In this document: piece by piece, positions 1 to 11,451 of the stretch
Layout of the letters: each line of letters starts with the position of its first letter
How positions within the stretch are numbered: position 1 is the stretch's first letter
DNA from: Utricularia gibba
Lineage: Eukaryota > Plantae > Magnoliophyta
Reading direction: 5' to 3'
Assembly: GCA_002189035.1 (NCBI GenBank)
Contig: NEEC01000014.1
Span: forward strand, 434,001 to 498,000
Length of the DNA: 64,000 bases
The notes under the pieces: model-generated
What the model was told of the DNA's origin: nothing
The model's database searches: none
The model's input: only the letters and a program-made list of their open reading frames with translations
Made by a program: the position numbers and the translations under genes

Positions 1-2490
1 TCCTGCACATTATGTGGTAGCAAGAATATAAATAGATGAACTTGATCCAAACTGCAAGATTGGTTTGATCTCAACCGCTAGGGAGGAGTTTCACATGTTG
101 TAAAAACAATTTATTCTTCTAAAAACAGTTTTGTTATTAAATATGAGTAAATTATATTAAAAACATAAATTTACGAGTATTTTTAATAAAAAAACAGTTA
201 TTCACCGTTTTCATATGCTAAAACAAAAAATTAATACTAAAAATGATCAGCTTTATCATACACGACACCCACCTTTCTATATACTCTTCATGGTAATGAA
301 AAACCCAGTATGGCAATTCAAAAGGATGAAAATAGAAAAATGACTATCCGTAGAGATGATTACATTAATCTTTGAAGTCTAAAACGCGGAGTCTTTTTAA
401 GAAGGTGCCCATCTTCTTAATTGCCTACCGAAGGGGCTGGTACGTGGCACACTTTTTTAATATGAAAAGATGAATTATTGCGCTGCTAGGGCTTATAATA
501 TGAATTTTATTAACACAAAAAGGGTCTTTTGATGCTTAATCCCATGTGATTATAAAGGTAACTCCTGATCTAAAGCATATATTTTTTTTGCAGAAGCGTC
601 ATGTGGTTTCACTTTGGGGCATCCAATAGTCGTCTTCTTGGTGCATCTGTAAGAACGAATCCGCTGCACCCACGAAGAAAATCCGATCCACTGTTCATTT
701 CCGGGTCGGATCTTGGCATCCCCAAGTAACAGACTGCAAGTTAATGGTGTTTGACGAATGTATTAAAAAAAAAGGATTGGAGTATGGAGTTTGGAAGTGG
801 GGCCCGGAGAACCGGCGGGCCACATGGCAGCCTCAGGCTTTTTTTAAAAAAATATTTTCTTCGAATATGCCGTTTATTTAAAATAATAAATGGAAAATAG
901 AAATTATTAATGAACAGTGGAGGTCACTATTGATGTGGTTTATTGTGCATTTGTGCCTCGTAAACAGTGTGAAACAGAGGAAGAAGTGTACGACACCCTT
1001 CCCTTTTGTCATTCCCATTTTACACGCAACAGTTCTTTGAATCAAAACACACAACACACGTATTAAATGGGTGGGTGGTCGGTTTAGTAATTTAATTAAA
1101 GATGGATACATTTTTATTTTTTAAAAATGCGTTTGGTTAATAGGTTAATATTTAGATAAACATATGCTATTTCATTATAATGTTTAAAATACTATTACGT
1201 TTAATAAATTTATTTACTTGATTTAAAAAATATGGTTGAATAATTCATGTAAATGTTTTACAAATAATGCGTGTATTCGATTGGAAGTGTTAGGTGTGGC
1301 AATCGGAGGAGTTTGCAGTCTGCTTGCATGCATCTTCCTTCTGAGAATAAACCCTAACTCGATGGCTACAGGGTTGATTTTCTTTGCCCTATAAGTGGCG
1401 GCTGTTTAAGCTCTTTTTACAAAGTACCATTCAAATATGAATTGGTGTTGTGTGTTTGAACTCCAGTGAAATCGAAAATTACGGTGAAAGCGGGGAGAAG
1501 ATCTCAAGAAAGAGAAAGCAAAGGACGAGATCTCCACTTTTGTGAATAGAAAAATGGCTATGGGGTGGGGGGGCCAGGCCACTGTGCAGGTCATTATGGA
1601 GGTTGCTTTGTCGAATACCGTAGTCTGCATCATGTTTCATGTTTGTTGAGTTATGTGGGGAATCCAAGAAGACACACAGCGTTCAGACATTCATTAGAGT
1701 CGTCCCCATGCTTGTCACTACAAGCCAAGATTGACTGCATAATGCAGGTTTGTGAGAAAATTTAAGAGAACCGCAGACCAGAACACACAATTGAATGACA
1801 CTTTTGTTTGATTTGCGCTGAATAAAGTGGCTCTGTTTCTTCTTCACTTTCTTGTTCTCTCCTCACGACCCTATTTCCCAGAAAGACTGAATATGAAAAA
1901 CCAGCTGAAATGCACGTAAGTAGTCTGCATGCGCATGTTCTACCATCCAGCTCCATGTGGAGGACAATGCAGATCAAGTGTCTTGTAGCTATTCGCCTCT
2001 TTATGTTAGAGGCATCGTTCTGAACTATCTATTTTCGACAATAGAGTTGCTTGTGCTTGGTCGTGTCAGTGCCCACGTGGCATCGGAATCGTTTCTTCTT
2101 TGGGTGTGTGGGCCCCTCTCGCAGGGGCACTAGAAACCATAATGTCGATTGATGTGAAATAAAAAATGTTTGAATGAAAAATTACTTTTTTTTACGTTGG
2201 AAAAATATGTTAACGTATGCTATTAAATTATTTAATATTGTCCCATGTCGTGCTTGTTGTCTGGGTTAACTAACTATGGTTAGGTTTTAACCGGAGTCAC
2301 CGCCAATGGGGGTTGGGTGTATAGTGTATACTACTGTAGACTGACTTGCATGAGTAAGACATTTCCTGGAGGCTGTTTGAACACATCCATCAACCTTATC
2401 CACATCTCCGAGACGGAGGAGCTGCTTGAATCTGGAAAATGATTAGCGTATTACAGGTTTGAAAGTTGGGGAAAGTCCGTTGGCGCGAGC

Positions 2491-3808
2491 ATGGATTCGC
2501 AAGGTACGAAACGACTCAAGATTCTCCCGCTCTTTTTTGAAATTGTTTGTGTAACGGACGGGTGATTCTAGGGCATCGAAGTTCAGTGGGTAATCCGCGG
2601 GTCGCGCTCACGTCTCTGCTGAACAAGAGGGAAAAGCTTCAAAACGAATTGCGAAGCGTCGAAAAGCAGGTAATTCTCATAAATTCTTCATGTATTCTTG
2701 CCATTTTTAAACCTAATCAAAAATTGGGGGTGGAATTGAGTGCTGTAAATTGGGGATGAGTGCGGCTTTTTGTTCAGGTATACGAGCTGGAAACCAGTTA
2801 CTTACAAGAAACAACCACATTCGGTAATGCGTTGAAGGGTTTCGAAGGATATCTTTCTTCATCAAAGAACACATCGAAGTACTGGACCCCTTGCTTCAAC
2901 ACATGTTATTGCAGTGTCAACTTTTACCCCTGACAACCGAATTGGAATCATTAAATAGCACGTTTCTGAAGTCGAACGCAAACTATATTTCCTCTGTAGT
3001 GCCTTGGGTTGGTGTTAAATTTCGGTGTAACGTTGTTTCAGTAATCTGTGTGGGGTCTATTTCTACTGTATAGCTTGCTCTTTTTTCTGTATTGATGTTA
3101 TTCTTGATGATCCAGCACAAAGAAATCCAGGAAGTTTCAGCCTGAAGATAGGATATTCTCACTGTCTTCAGTCACCTCACCAGCAGTATGTACAACTTTT
3201 ATATGATGTTCACATTGCTTGAGCTTTTACCTTTACCTCAGTGCATTGTTATGGTTGTGATAGCATTTATGAGGGTTCATGATGCCGAAACCCAAAAGCT
3301 TTATCTGTTGGAAGTGTTCATACCCACTATCTGAATATACCCAATTCAGATTGAACTTGCAAAATGCCGAGATGCTTGTTTAATTGTTCCATTGCTTCCT
3401 TTGTGTGCTTTTGTCCAGGTCGAGGAACTTGGCAATGTGAAAGAAGGTGCTATTCGTCCAGAACAATATTGGTCTTTACATTTCTCGAGATTGTTCATCA
3501 ACTCTATTGCTACTTTTTCAGATGGAAAACTGGATATTTTTCAAGGCCGACAACGAAGTGGAGGCATGATGACTAATGTTGTGTAAGTTCATGCGTCAAC
3601 AGAACATAAATCACCTCATTTTGATTCCTAAGAGAACTTCGATGAAGAGCCTAGTGGAACCAAATGATGCTTGCTATTGATATGTGACCTTAGTCGCTGA
3701 AATAATATGAATCCAATCTTAATTTGCAGGGGAAAGCCGAAGAGGGGTAGATCTGAACAGAAAGACATGAAAAGGGCAAGGCTCCCTGTTGGCGATGATG
3801 ATGATTGA
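2491..3808 (+). CDS. EAF6: Chromatin modification-related protein EAF6/MEAF6 (NuA4 subunit), 7 exons
   Basis: Manual splicing at GT-AG sites gives MDSQGHRSSVGNPRVALTSLLNKREKLQNELRSVEKQ|VYELETSYLQETTTFGNALKGFEGYLSSSKN|TKKSRKFQPEDRIFSLSSVTSPA|...KPKRGRSEQKDMKRARLPVGDDDD*. The VYELETSYL, GFEGYL and DRIFSLSSVTS motifs are diagnostic of the NuA4 Eaf6 family. Confidence 0.92.
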
Positions 3809-4103
3809 TAATGTGGGCTGCTGATCTCGACTGTTCTGTAAGTTTCTCATTCCTTCCTCCCGACTTGCTTACTTGTATGTGTAGTGTCTGCAGAAACATT
3901 CTATTCATTTTTAGCAGAAAATTGGACGTGCAATGCCTTAAAACTGCGCTGTTAAAAACGGGTTCTTACACTGCTGACTGCCTTTTTTCAGAAACGGGTT
4001 GAACTAGAAATGAGAAACAGTATAGCCTTAAGCTAGGAGGGAAACCAATCAATGTGAAACGAGGACTCATCTTACAGAAGCTTTGGGGATCATTCCAATT
4101 TTC

Positions 4104-4612
4104 TCATTTTTCTATAGCAGCATTCGCTGTAACCAGATCCTCGTCCAGGAATAAGTCTCCATCCCACTTTTTGAAGAACTCCGTATTCTCGTGATACTTC
4201 ACTCGGTGCACGTGACCCGCCGGCGTGAACAGGTAATCGCCGGCTCCCGGATGGTGCTTCTCCTTTCACTCAGGTTCCACACCGTTTTCCTTCCTTCAGT
4301 AACGGCCAAATCTTGCCCAAATGCGTGGTGATGCGCCGGCTCAACGCTAACTGCCATGAATCTCACAATCGCCGAAGTCAGAGTCTCGCTGAGTATCTTC
4401 ATTGACCCGCCGGGCATCGGTTTTACCGCCGTGTACTCTTTCTCCGCCCGAGATTTCGCTAACGAGCAGATGAAGCATGGGGATTTACAATGGGGGTATT
4501 CTCGGCGCCGGTTTTTGGTATTTCTGTGATTGATTCGTCGAGGAATGATTGGACCTCGTCGGGCCAGCGGTTTTCGCCGGAGGCAGGGCAGGGAGGCTTG
4601 AATGGCGTTCAT
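4104..4612 (-). pseudogene. Intronless cupin-domain gene (ChrR/Cupin_7-like) broken by frameshifts: pseudogene or assembly error
   Basis: ORF 4199-4612 carries KPMPGGSMKILSETLTSAIVRFMAVSVEPAHHHAFGQDLAVTEGRKTVWNLS. A shifted frame continues GDYLFTPAGHVHRVKYHENTEFFKKWDGDLFLDEDLVTANAAIEK* to the stop at 4104-4106. These match cupin motif 1 (PAHHH) and motif 2 (GDYLFTPAG..HRV). Confidence 0.7.
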
Positions 4613-7600
4613 CCCGCTGTATTATTGAGGCATAAGTCGTTGTAGACTCGAGGGAAGTTTTTGGCGAATATGGAGACACCTATACCTGTAACGCAGGCTA
4701 CAAGACCGCGAATACCGACGGCAGAATCGGTTTGACAGCTGACGCGGCGGCCGCATTGCTCGCCGGCGGATGTATTTTCTGTTTCCGAGATCTTCAACTT
4801 CGATGTTGAGTAAACGGAGTTCCACCACGAGCGATCCGTGAGGGGTTCGCCGAATGCATCAGCCACGGCTACAAATTTCGGAGGTCGGGAGGCGCCGGTG
4901 TGTTGCTGCGCCGTGGCCGGAGGAAGGTGCTAGATCACGAGCCGTAGGTATTTGTTCTTACTTTCCCTCTACAATCTGTTAGGCCTGTCCAGTTCGATTT
5001 TTAGTTGACTGTTGCTTAGAATCAGAATATTCAGATTTTATTATTTTAACAGAAAATGAAAACCTAAAACTGATCTTATGTTTATAGCCAGAGTGCTCTT
5101 TAAATAGATTTACAGATATTTTTTGGGCGGAAAGTGAGAATTCTCACACGCAGCAGCGTGTTCCGTAGCCTACAGACACTGGAGATCTTGGCCGGAACGT
5201 TTCGTTTTACTTGCTTCGCTATTCCATTTTCTTGTGATCAACTATTCTCCTTCCCGTACAGCGCAGATCCTTTTCTGAGAATTTCACGAGCATAATTGGA
5301 ATCAGAAGATGTCGGATGGCGAATTTGATGAGGATTGTAACTTGCGGTAAGGCAGCAGTCGCAGAACGATGTCAATTACAGCAAGCAGTCGCAACTGCAG
5401 ACGAAGCCTGTGAGCAACTCCGTCCAACCGCGGCGGATCTCCGAGGAACGCCGATGGTGTGGCTCACCAGCAGAAGAAGGATTCCAATCGAAATGTGAAT
5501 ATGGATATCAGGACGAGGAGTCTCAGGTGGAGATGCTGAGCAATTCTTCCGGAGACGAGGCCGATCGTGACGGCATAGCCGGGGAGAAATACGAATGGGA
5601 TCGGGAAGGAGGAGGATTGCTCTTCTTCGGTATGCTTTCTTTCCTACGCACTGCATAAACTGCGTTAACGTTGTTTGGTTAGTTTATTTTTTTAGATTTT
5701 CATCTACGTTTTTCGTTCAACATACCAGTGGCTCGAGTCCAGTGCTTGCGTAGATTTACTCCTGCTTAGTTTGTTGAAGTACTGGACCGTGTTCGATACT
5801 AGTCCTTAGGATTCTTAATTTTTACAAGTTAGAAGACTAATGCATCTTGTGTATCTCGTACAGGCGTTGGGATATTTCCTCTACCTTAAAATTACATGTA
5901 TGAACATAATCATGTGCTCTCGTTGTTCTTTCCTGGGATTGATAACCTAATCATGTTCTATCCTGCTTAAACTTGTGAGCAAATGTTAAGCATGTAGGAT
6001 GTCCGTCTCCGTTGGCATGGAGGGTCATGGACCATGGGTGGATCCTCTTGGAATAGGGTAGTTAATCTTGACAAGCCTGAACTCGTCTTTTAGTGACTAC
6101 CAACCATACTTTAATCTGAACAGGGTAATCAGTCGCAGAACATTCCGACTGATCAGTGATAATTTGGCAAATCCGCCTTCCTCAAGAGGCGTGGAACCTC
6201 TAGCTCCAACCCAACCCAGCCGGTTGACATCATCCTCATCCATTAAATTTTTAGTTTCATCGGGTCTTCACTTTTTTGCCTGTTTCTGGGGCGAAATTAC
6301 TATCATCTTACATCTCCACTGAACTACTTATTGTTCGGTTTTTTATACTTTTTTGTAACCCAATTGATCTTTTAGGGTGTGAGGGATGCAGCCAGACTTT
6401 AATAGCCGCTTATGCAGATCCTCAAACCCAAGGGCCTTGGGCCTCAACAGGTTTTCTCATGCAATGCTCGAGGTAAATCCTGGTTATTTAAACAACCTTA
6501 TGAATTGGCCATGTTTGAGACTTCGTGACATCCAGATACAGTGTTGTTTCATTCCTTCAAAATTAATTTTTCAAGGAAATGATTTTCGAAAAGTAATTTT
6601 TAATAAACAAATGATGCTCCGTTCTTCGTATTATTTTTCAATTCTTTTTACAAGTTTATTGAATAACTACAACAGATTTTTTTGCTACCAATATGAATTT
6701 TTTATTAGATTATGTGTGCAAAAAATTATTGAGGTGTTTTGATTATGTTCTATGATCTTTTATTTTAGCATAATGGGCGGATTTCGCTAGTGGAATTTAA
6801 AGTATTAGAAATTAATGGAATTTAAAATAAGAGTTTGTTCAAGTAACAAGAATTTTATAATTAACTTGTTTAGTTGAAACATTTAAAGTATGACTGGTAA
6901 ACATTTTGTATTTAAATATTACAAACACTTATTACTCTTCACAATGGGTTGTATTTTTTAAATTACACTGCAAGCAATTCACGCCATAGGGTTTTCCATG
7001 TGCTGGCTAAGAGTTTTGAATGTCCCCAAGGAATACCGTTGGGAAGTCTAACCTCGCCCAGAAATCAAAATCAAACCCAATCAAAAATTAAAATCTAGGA
7101 GAAATATAGCAGTTTTTTAAAATCAAGATTGATCCAGGACTAACCCAATTAAATTCGAGCCTATAATTTTTTAAATTTGACATAATAATTTTGTATAAAA
7201 AATTAAAAATTTTAAATTTAGAAAACAATTATTTTCATAACATTTTTATAATGAATGAAACTAATTTGACTCAAACCGTACTCATTAATAAATCGGAAAA
7301 TAGGTTGCATCCTATTATAAAACATAACACTGTAGATATTTAGGACAAAATTATCAAAATTGTGTGGCATTTATTTCTCAAACCTACCTATAACATTAGT
7401 TTAAAAGACAACCTCAACGGAGAATTTAAATAGATTTACTTCGATTTTGAGAAAAAATGTTTGAAAAAAACGATTTCGATATACAAAAAGTTGCAAGCCA
7501 ATTATTCCTTAGCGAAAAATACTCATATTAAATAAAATTGCTCCGAAAATAACATTTTTTTTCTAGAAAAAACATTACTCCTAGTCCCTAAACAAGCATT

Positions 7601-8041
7601 TAATCCAATCCCCCCTTGCCAAGAGAAACATTCCCTCATCATGCATTAATGCCACAGCGTGCGGCTTCGGTCTTTTTCAAAAGGAAAGATATGATTCTTT
7701 ATAAAATTTCTTGACATAAAAATATTACTCCTAAAAACCCTGTGAGTCATGAAAACAGAGATTTTACATGTTTCCTAACCGATCAACCCGAGCAAGTTGG
7801 AGAATGAAGCAAATGTATCGGTAAAAACACTTTATTTTAGTGAACCTAAGTAAAAAGACCGAATACCATAGACGATCCACGCCACATGTTTCACAAAGAA
7901 ATGAAGTTCTCTAGACTAAAGAGCTTGATGATCAGGGTGCAAATGCATGATGAATGCAAAATGTGCAGTCAAATCCACCCAGGAGATCATGAAAAAAATG
8001 CTTACCTACGAAACTCCGTTGCGGGATGAAGGTGCATTTTA

Positions 8042-9202
8042 TCAGGCAGTCCGCAGCGGGGGTGAGACCAATATGACACCATCTCCCCTCACAAAGAGGA
8101 AGGGAACATTCCGCCTTGTTGTCTGCAAGGCACATAATTTGCCTAAAGCAAAGCGACATACAGAAGCCATGAAAGATACACAGTGATCAACCATGTATGG
8201 TCAATGACGTGTGCTTGAGGGTACATTTTAGAGGTTCATCTTTGAATCAAGATGGTTTAGAAACCACGGCACTGTTCAAAAGTGCGTCATGTTGTAATCA
8301 CTCAACGCAGAAACTAACAGCACAGAGTTCCATAGAGTGCTAGAATACCTCCACGTGTATAAGGATAGAAGCCCAATCCTCAGGTTTAAAAACTTTTAAC
8401 CCCGGCCAATTCCAAAAACAGATAGTCTTTCATGCCAATCATGAATTAAGCACAGTCAACACTCCCTATGCGGTATTAACGCATGGCACTTCCCATTTAC
8501 AAATATGATGAACTCTAGTAGCATTATAAAGACAAAAGGAAGTAACATACCCTCACAATTTCCTCATAAGTTTCGTCATCAATCTCCACTGTAGTTATAA
8601 TCTCTTCAACCTCACCTAGAATCATATTCAAATGCTGATCATAGGCCTGGGAATACGAAGAACATAAGAGATCTAAGCATTTAACTCTACCGATCAATAA
8701 CGAAAATTCGTACTCTTGCTTACTGCTGAAACGATAATAAAGAGCAGAGCATTCGAACAGACGACAGCAGGAGCATAATAGGAAACTAGCGAATGCGAGA
8801 CGCCAGATGCAGAACAAAGATGAGAAGAAACTCGAAGGATTTAAAATTCGGATTCACGATGAGCCACACAATAACACCGTGAAAAACCTAATACGCGAAA
8901 ACAGCGGCAGTCGGAAACGATATTCAGACTACGAACGCAATTCTAGATTCTCAGCTACGAAATCACAAATTGAAACCGACGAAAAACTTCACAAATTCTA
9001 AATTCCGCGAAAATCACAGCGAGAAAACGATAAACAAATAAACATTAGCGTGAGTGAGCCAGAGAAAGGAATAACGAAAAACAACGTGAAGCTTTCCGCG
9101 GAGCTCCCTGTCGTGACGAAGCTTGACGTAGATGCGCTCGTCGAGACTGAGGCGAATGAGATCCAGAGGCTCCTTCACCGCGCTCTCCTCCTCGCTCCCC
9201 AT
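8042..9202 (-). CDS. LSM3: Sm-like protein LSm3, 3 exons
   Basis: [39 protein letters not shown]|[32 protein letters not shown]|[26 protein letters not shown], with Sm1 and Sm2 motifs. Confidence 0.97.
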
Positions 9203-10093
9203 CTTCCTCTCGTTCTCGTCAATGCCTCCCCGCCCTAACCTCCAACTTCGAATACTCGGGTAAAAGCAAACCCCCCGCCCAAAATTAAAAATATATGCCG
9301 CCTCGGGCATATATATAACCAACTAACCAACCACATATATATACCCCACCTTTCAAGTCCTTATTTCAAAAAAAAAAAAAAATAACTCCCCTGAACTGTA
9401 ATAATAAATACAAAATATCGAACACCAAATGTCGAATGGTCAATTTTGGGGTATAATTCATGATGGTTTGTTGCACTGCACATTTCTGAAGGAGAGAAAC
9501 TATGGCACCCGGCACCCAATAATTGTGTAGGGGTCGGTTGTTATTGTTACCAGAACATGGAGGAGTGGGGCGGGTGCGGGTGAGGATCTTAATTTGAGTC
9601 GTGAAAGAAAGGGTATTGCATCAGGCCTCCGTTGAAAATGACCGCAAACGCCCACCCCATGTGCCTTTCTTTGTTTGATTAGGGACGCGTAAATCCCCCC
9701 TGATTAGCCTCTTAATCCTTCCTGATCAACTTATAAGCCACTGCTTATCTTCTCCACTGTCTCCATCGTCTGCGTCCTAATCTCACCACCCTCACACCGG
9801 CACTATAATTGGAAAGTGTGCTTCTCGTTCCTTTTTTTTTTGCGGTGGATGGTTCATTCTCAGCTGTTTGTGTTTAAGAAAAGAATGGTTAGCAGCTTTT
9901 TAAAGATTTGATTGCGTAATCAGGTTTATTATTATGAGTTCAAATGTGAGATGTGTTTGTGTACTTAAGTTTTAAAAGGCAACACTGAAGCCAGCCAGCC
10001 AGCCAGCTAAGCCATCTCTGGCTCTCTGCGTGTATATATATGTGAACAGCCCCTCATAAATCCAAGGATACTCGACCTGCAGCCGCGGACAGT

Positions 10094-10625
10094 ATGGCGA
10101 GTTTCGGGGAGCCGGGAATCGCAAGCGGGTTGACGTGGAGTCTGCTCCGCACTGCCCACGTTGCGCCTCATCGAACACCAAATTCTGCTACTTCAACAAC
10201 TACAGCCTCTCGCAGCCGCGCTACTTTTGCAAATCCTGCCGGCGGTATTGGACCAAGGGGGTGCCCTCAGGAACGTGCCAGTAGGCGGCGGATGCCGGAA
10301 AACCCGACGCCCCGCTAAGAAAGATGTCCTCCCGCCCCCCGTGGATAATGACCCCGCTGATCGGGGTGGTGGCTTCGCGGTGCCGCCGGTGAGCATTCCG
10401 ATGACTTCATGCGGAATCGACGGTGGCAAGGGGGACGCGTGGGGTTCGAAGATCAACGGCGGGGATGATCTCATTCATAATCAAGTGGCTCTCCGGGGAG
10501 AAACGCCGCGGCAATCGAACAGCCTGGATTTCGGATACCCGGAATCCGCGGCCCAGATTCAAGACTATGAACTGGTTTGGCACGACGATGATCAGCCGCT
10601 GTTCAGTAGTACTTGGGAGTTTTGA
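10094..10625 (+). CDS. Dof zinc-finger transcription factor (Dof1.2/3.5-like); frame breaks at two G-runs as assembled
   Basis: [37 protein letters not shown] is in one frame and [14 protein letters not shown] in the next (ORF 10161-10625). One extra G at 10257-10261 restores the canonical [18 protein letters not shown]. One extra G at 10106-10116 joins the ATG at 10094. Confidence 0.85.
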
Positions 10626-11178
10626 TTTTTCCGGCAGTGTTTCTCATTATTTAAATTTAATGGAATATAAATTTTCTATTAGTATCATTTTCCACATACT
10701 CGGGGACCATGCCATGAACACAATCTTAATTTTGTCCTTGCTCCAATTTATTCCATATATTATTGCAATATTCATATCATAAGCATTATTACAATGCAGC
10801 GAGCAGACATTCCTGTTCATCGTCTTAATGGTAGAAATAAGGGATTCTAACCAGTGGTGAATTCCCCAAAATGTCCCCAAAGTTACTGCCTTGCCTTGCA
10901 CACACAATGCTTTAAATTTCCTGGTTTGTTAGGCATTGAAGGGTAGGTGAATTAATTTCCTCATTCATTTTGGCTGCTCGCCTTTGAAAAAAACACATAG
11001 CATGGCTCCTACTATACAAACATTAATAGTAATGAGTGAAAAAGGTGGTCCAATGACTGTAATTTGAGGCATGCTCCGGCCGGCGGTGATTTCACCGCGG
11101 TAAAAATGGCCGGGTAAACTATAATTAGCTAGTGACTAATGAATTATTATTTTATTAACCCTATTTCCGCCATGGGGG

Positions 11179-11376
11179 GATTCCCGATGGACGGTTTTTT
11201 TCCGAATTTCGTTCGATACGGAGTGGATTCTTGGTACGCTTCCATGGTGAAGTGCTGGGTTCTTGTGGTTCTTGATTGATTCCCGATGGACGGTTTTGTT
11301 CCGAAATTCGTTCGATACGGAGTGGATTCTCGGTGCTCTTCCATGGTGAAGTGTTGGGTTTTTGTGATTCTTGATT
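11179..11376. repeat. Direct tandem duplication, 2 x 99 bp, about 90% identical
   Basis: Both copies begin gattcccgatggacggtttt (11179 and 11278) and end cttgatt; about 9 mismatches by manual alignment. Confidence 0.95.
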
Positions 11377-11451
11377 TCTCGATCCGGGCAATTTTGTAGG
11401 CGTCACTCTTCTTGCTTCGGGGTGTGGATTCCCGATTCTTGATTGGAACCT

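Noticed and set aside
1-560. Short stop-interrupted reading frames at the window start (possible transposase or gene relic)
   Set aside because: No motif I can assign to a family, and too little sequence context.
7932-8186. ORFs 7947-8186 (+) and 7932-8159 (-)
   Set aside because: They are antisense or off-frame shadows of LSm3 exon 3 and its 3' UTR.
11147-11406. Two repetitive minus-strand ORFs (65 and 81 aa)
   Set aside because: They are by-products of the 99-bp (3n) tandem duplication and show no protein-family signal.
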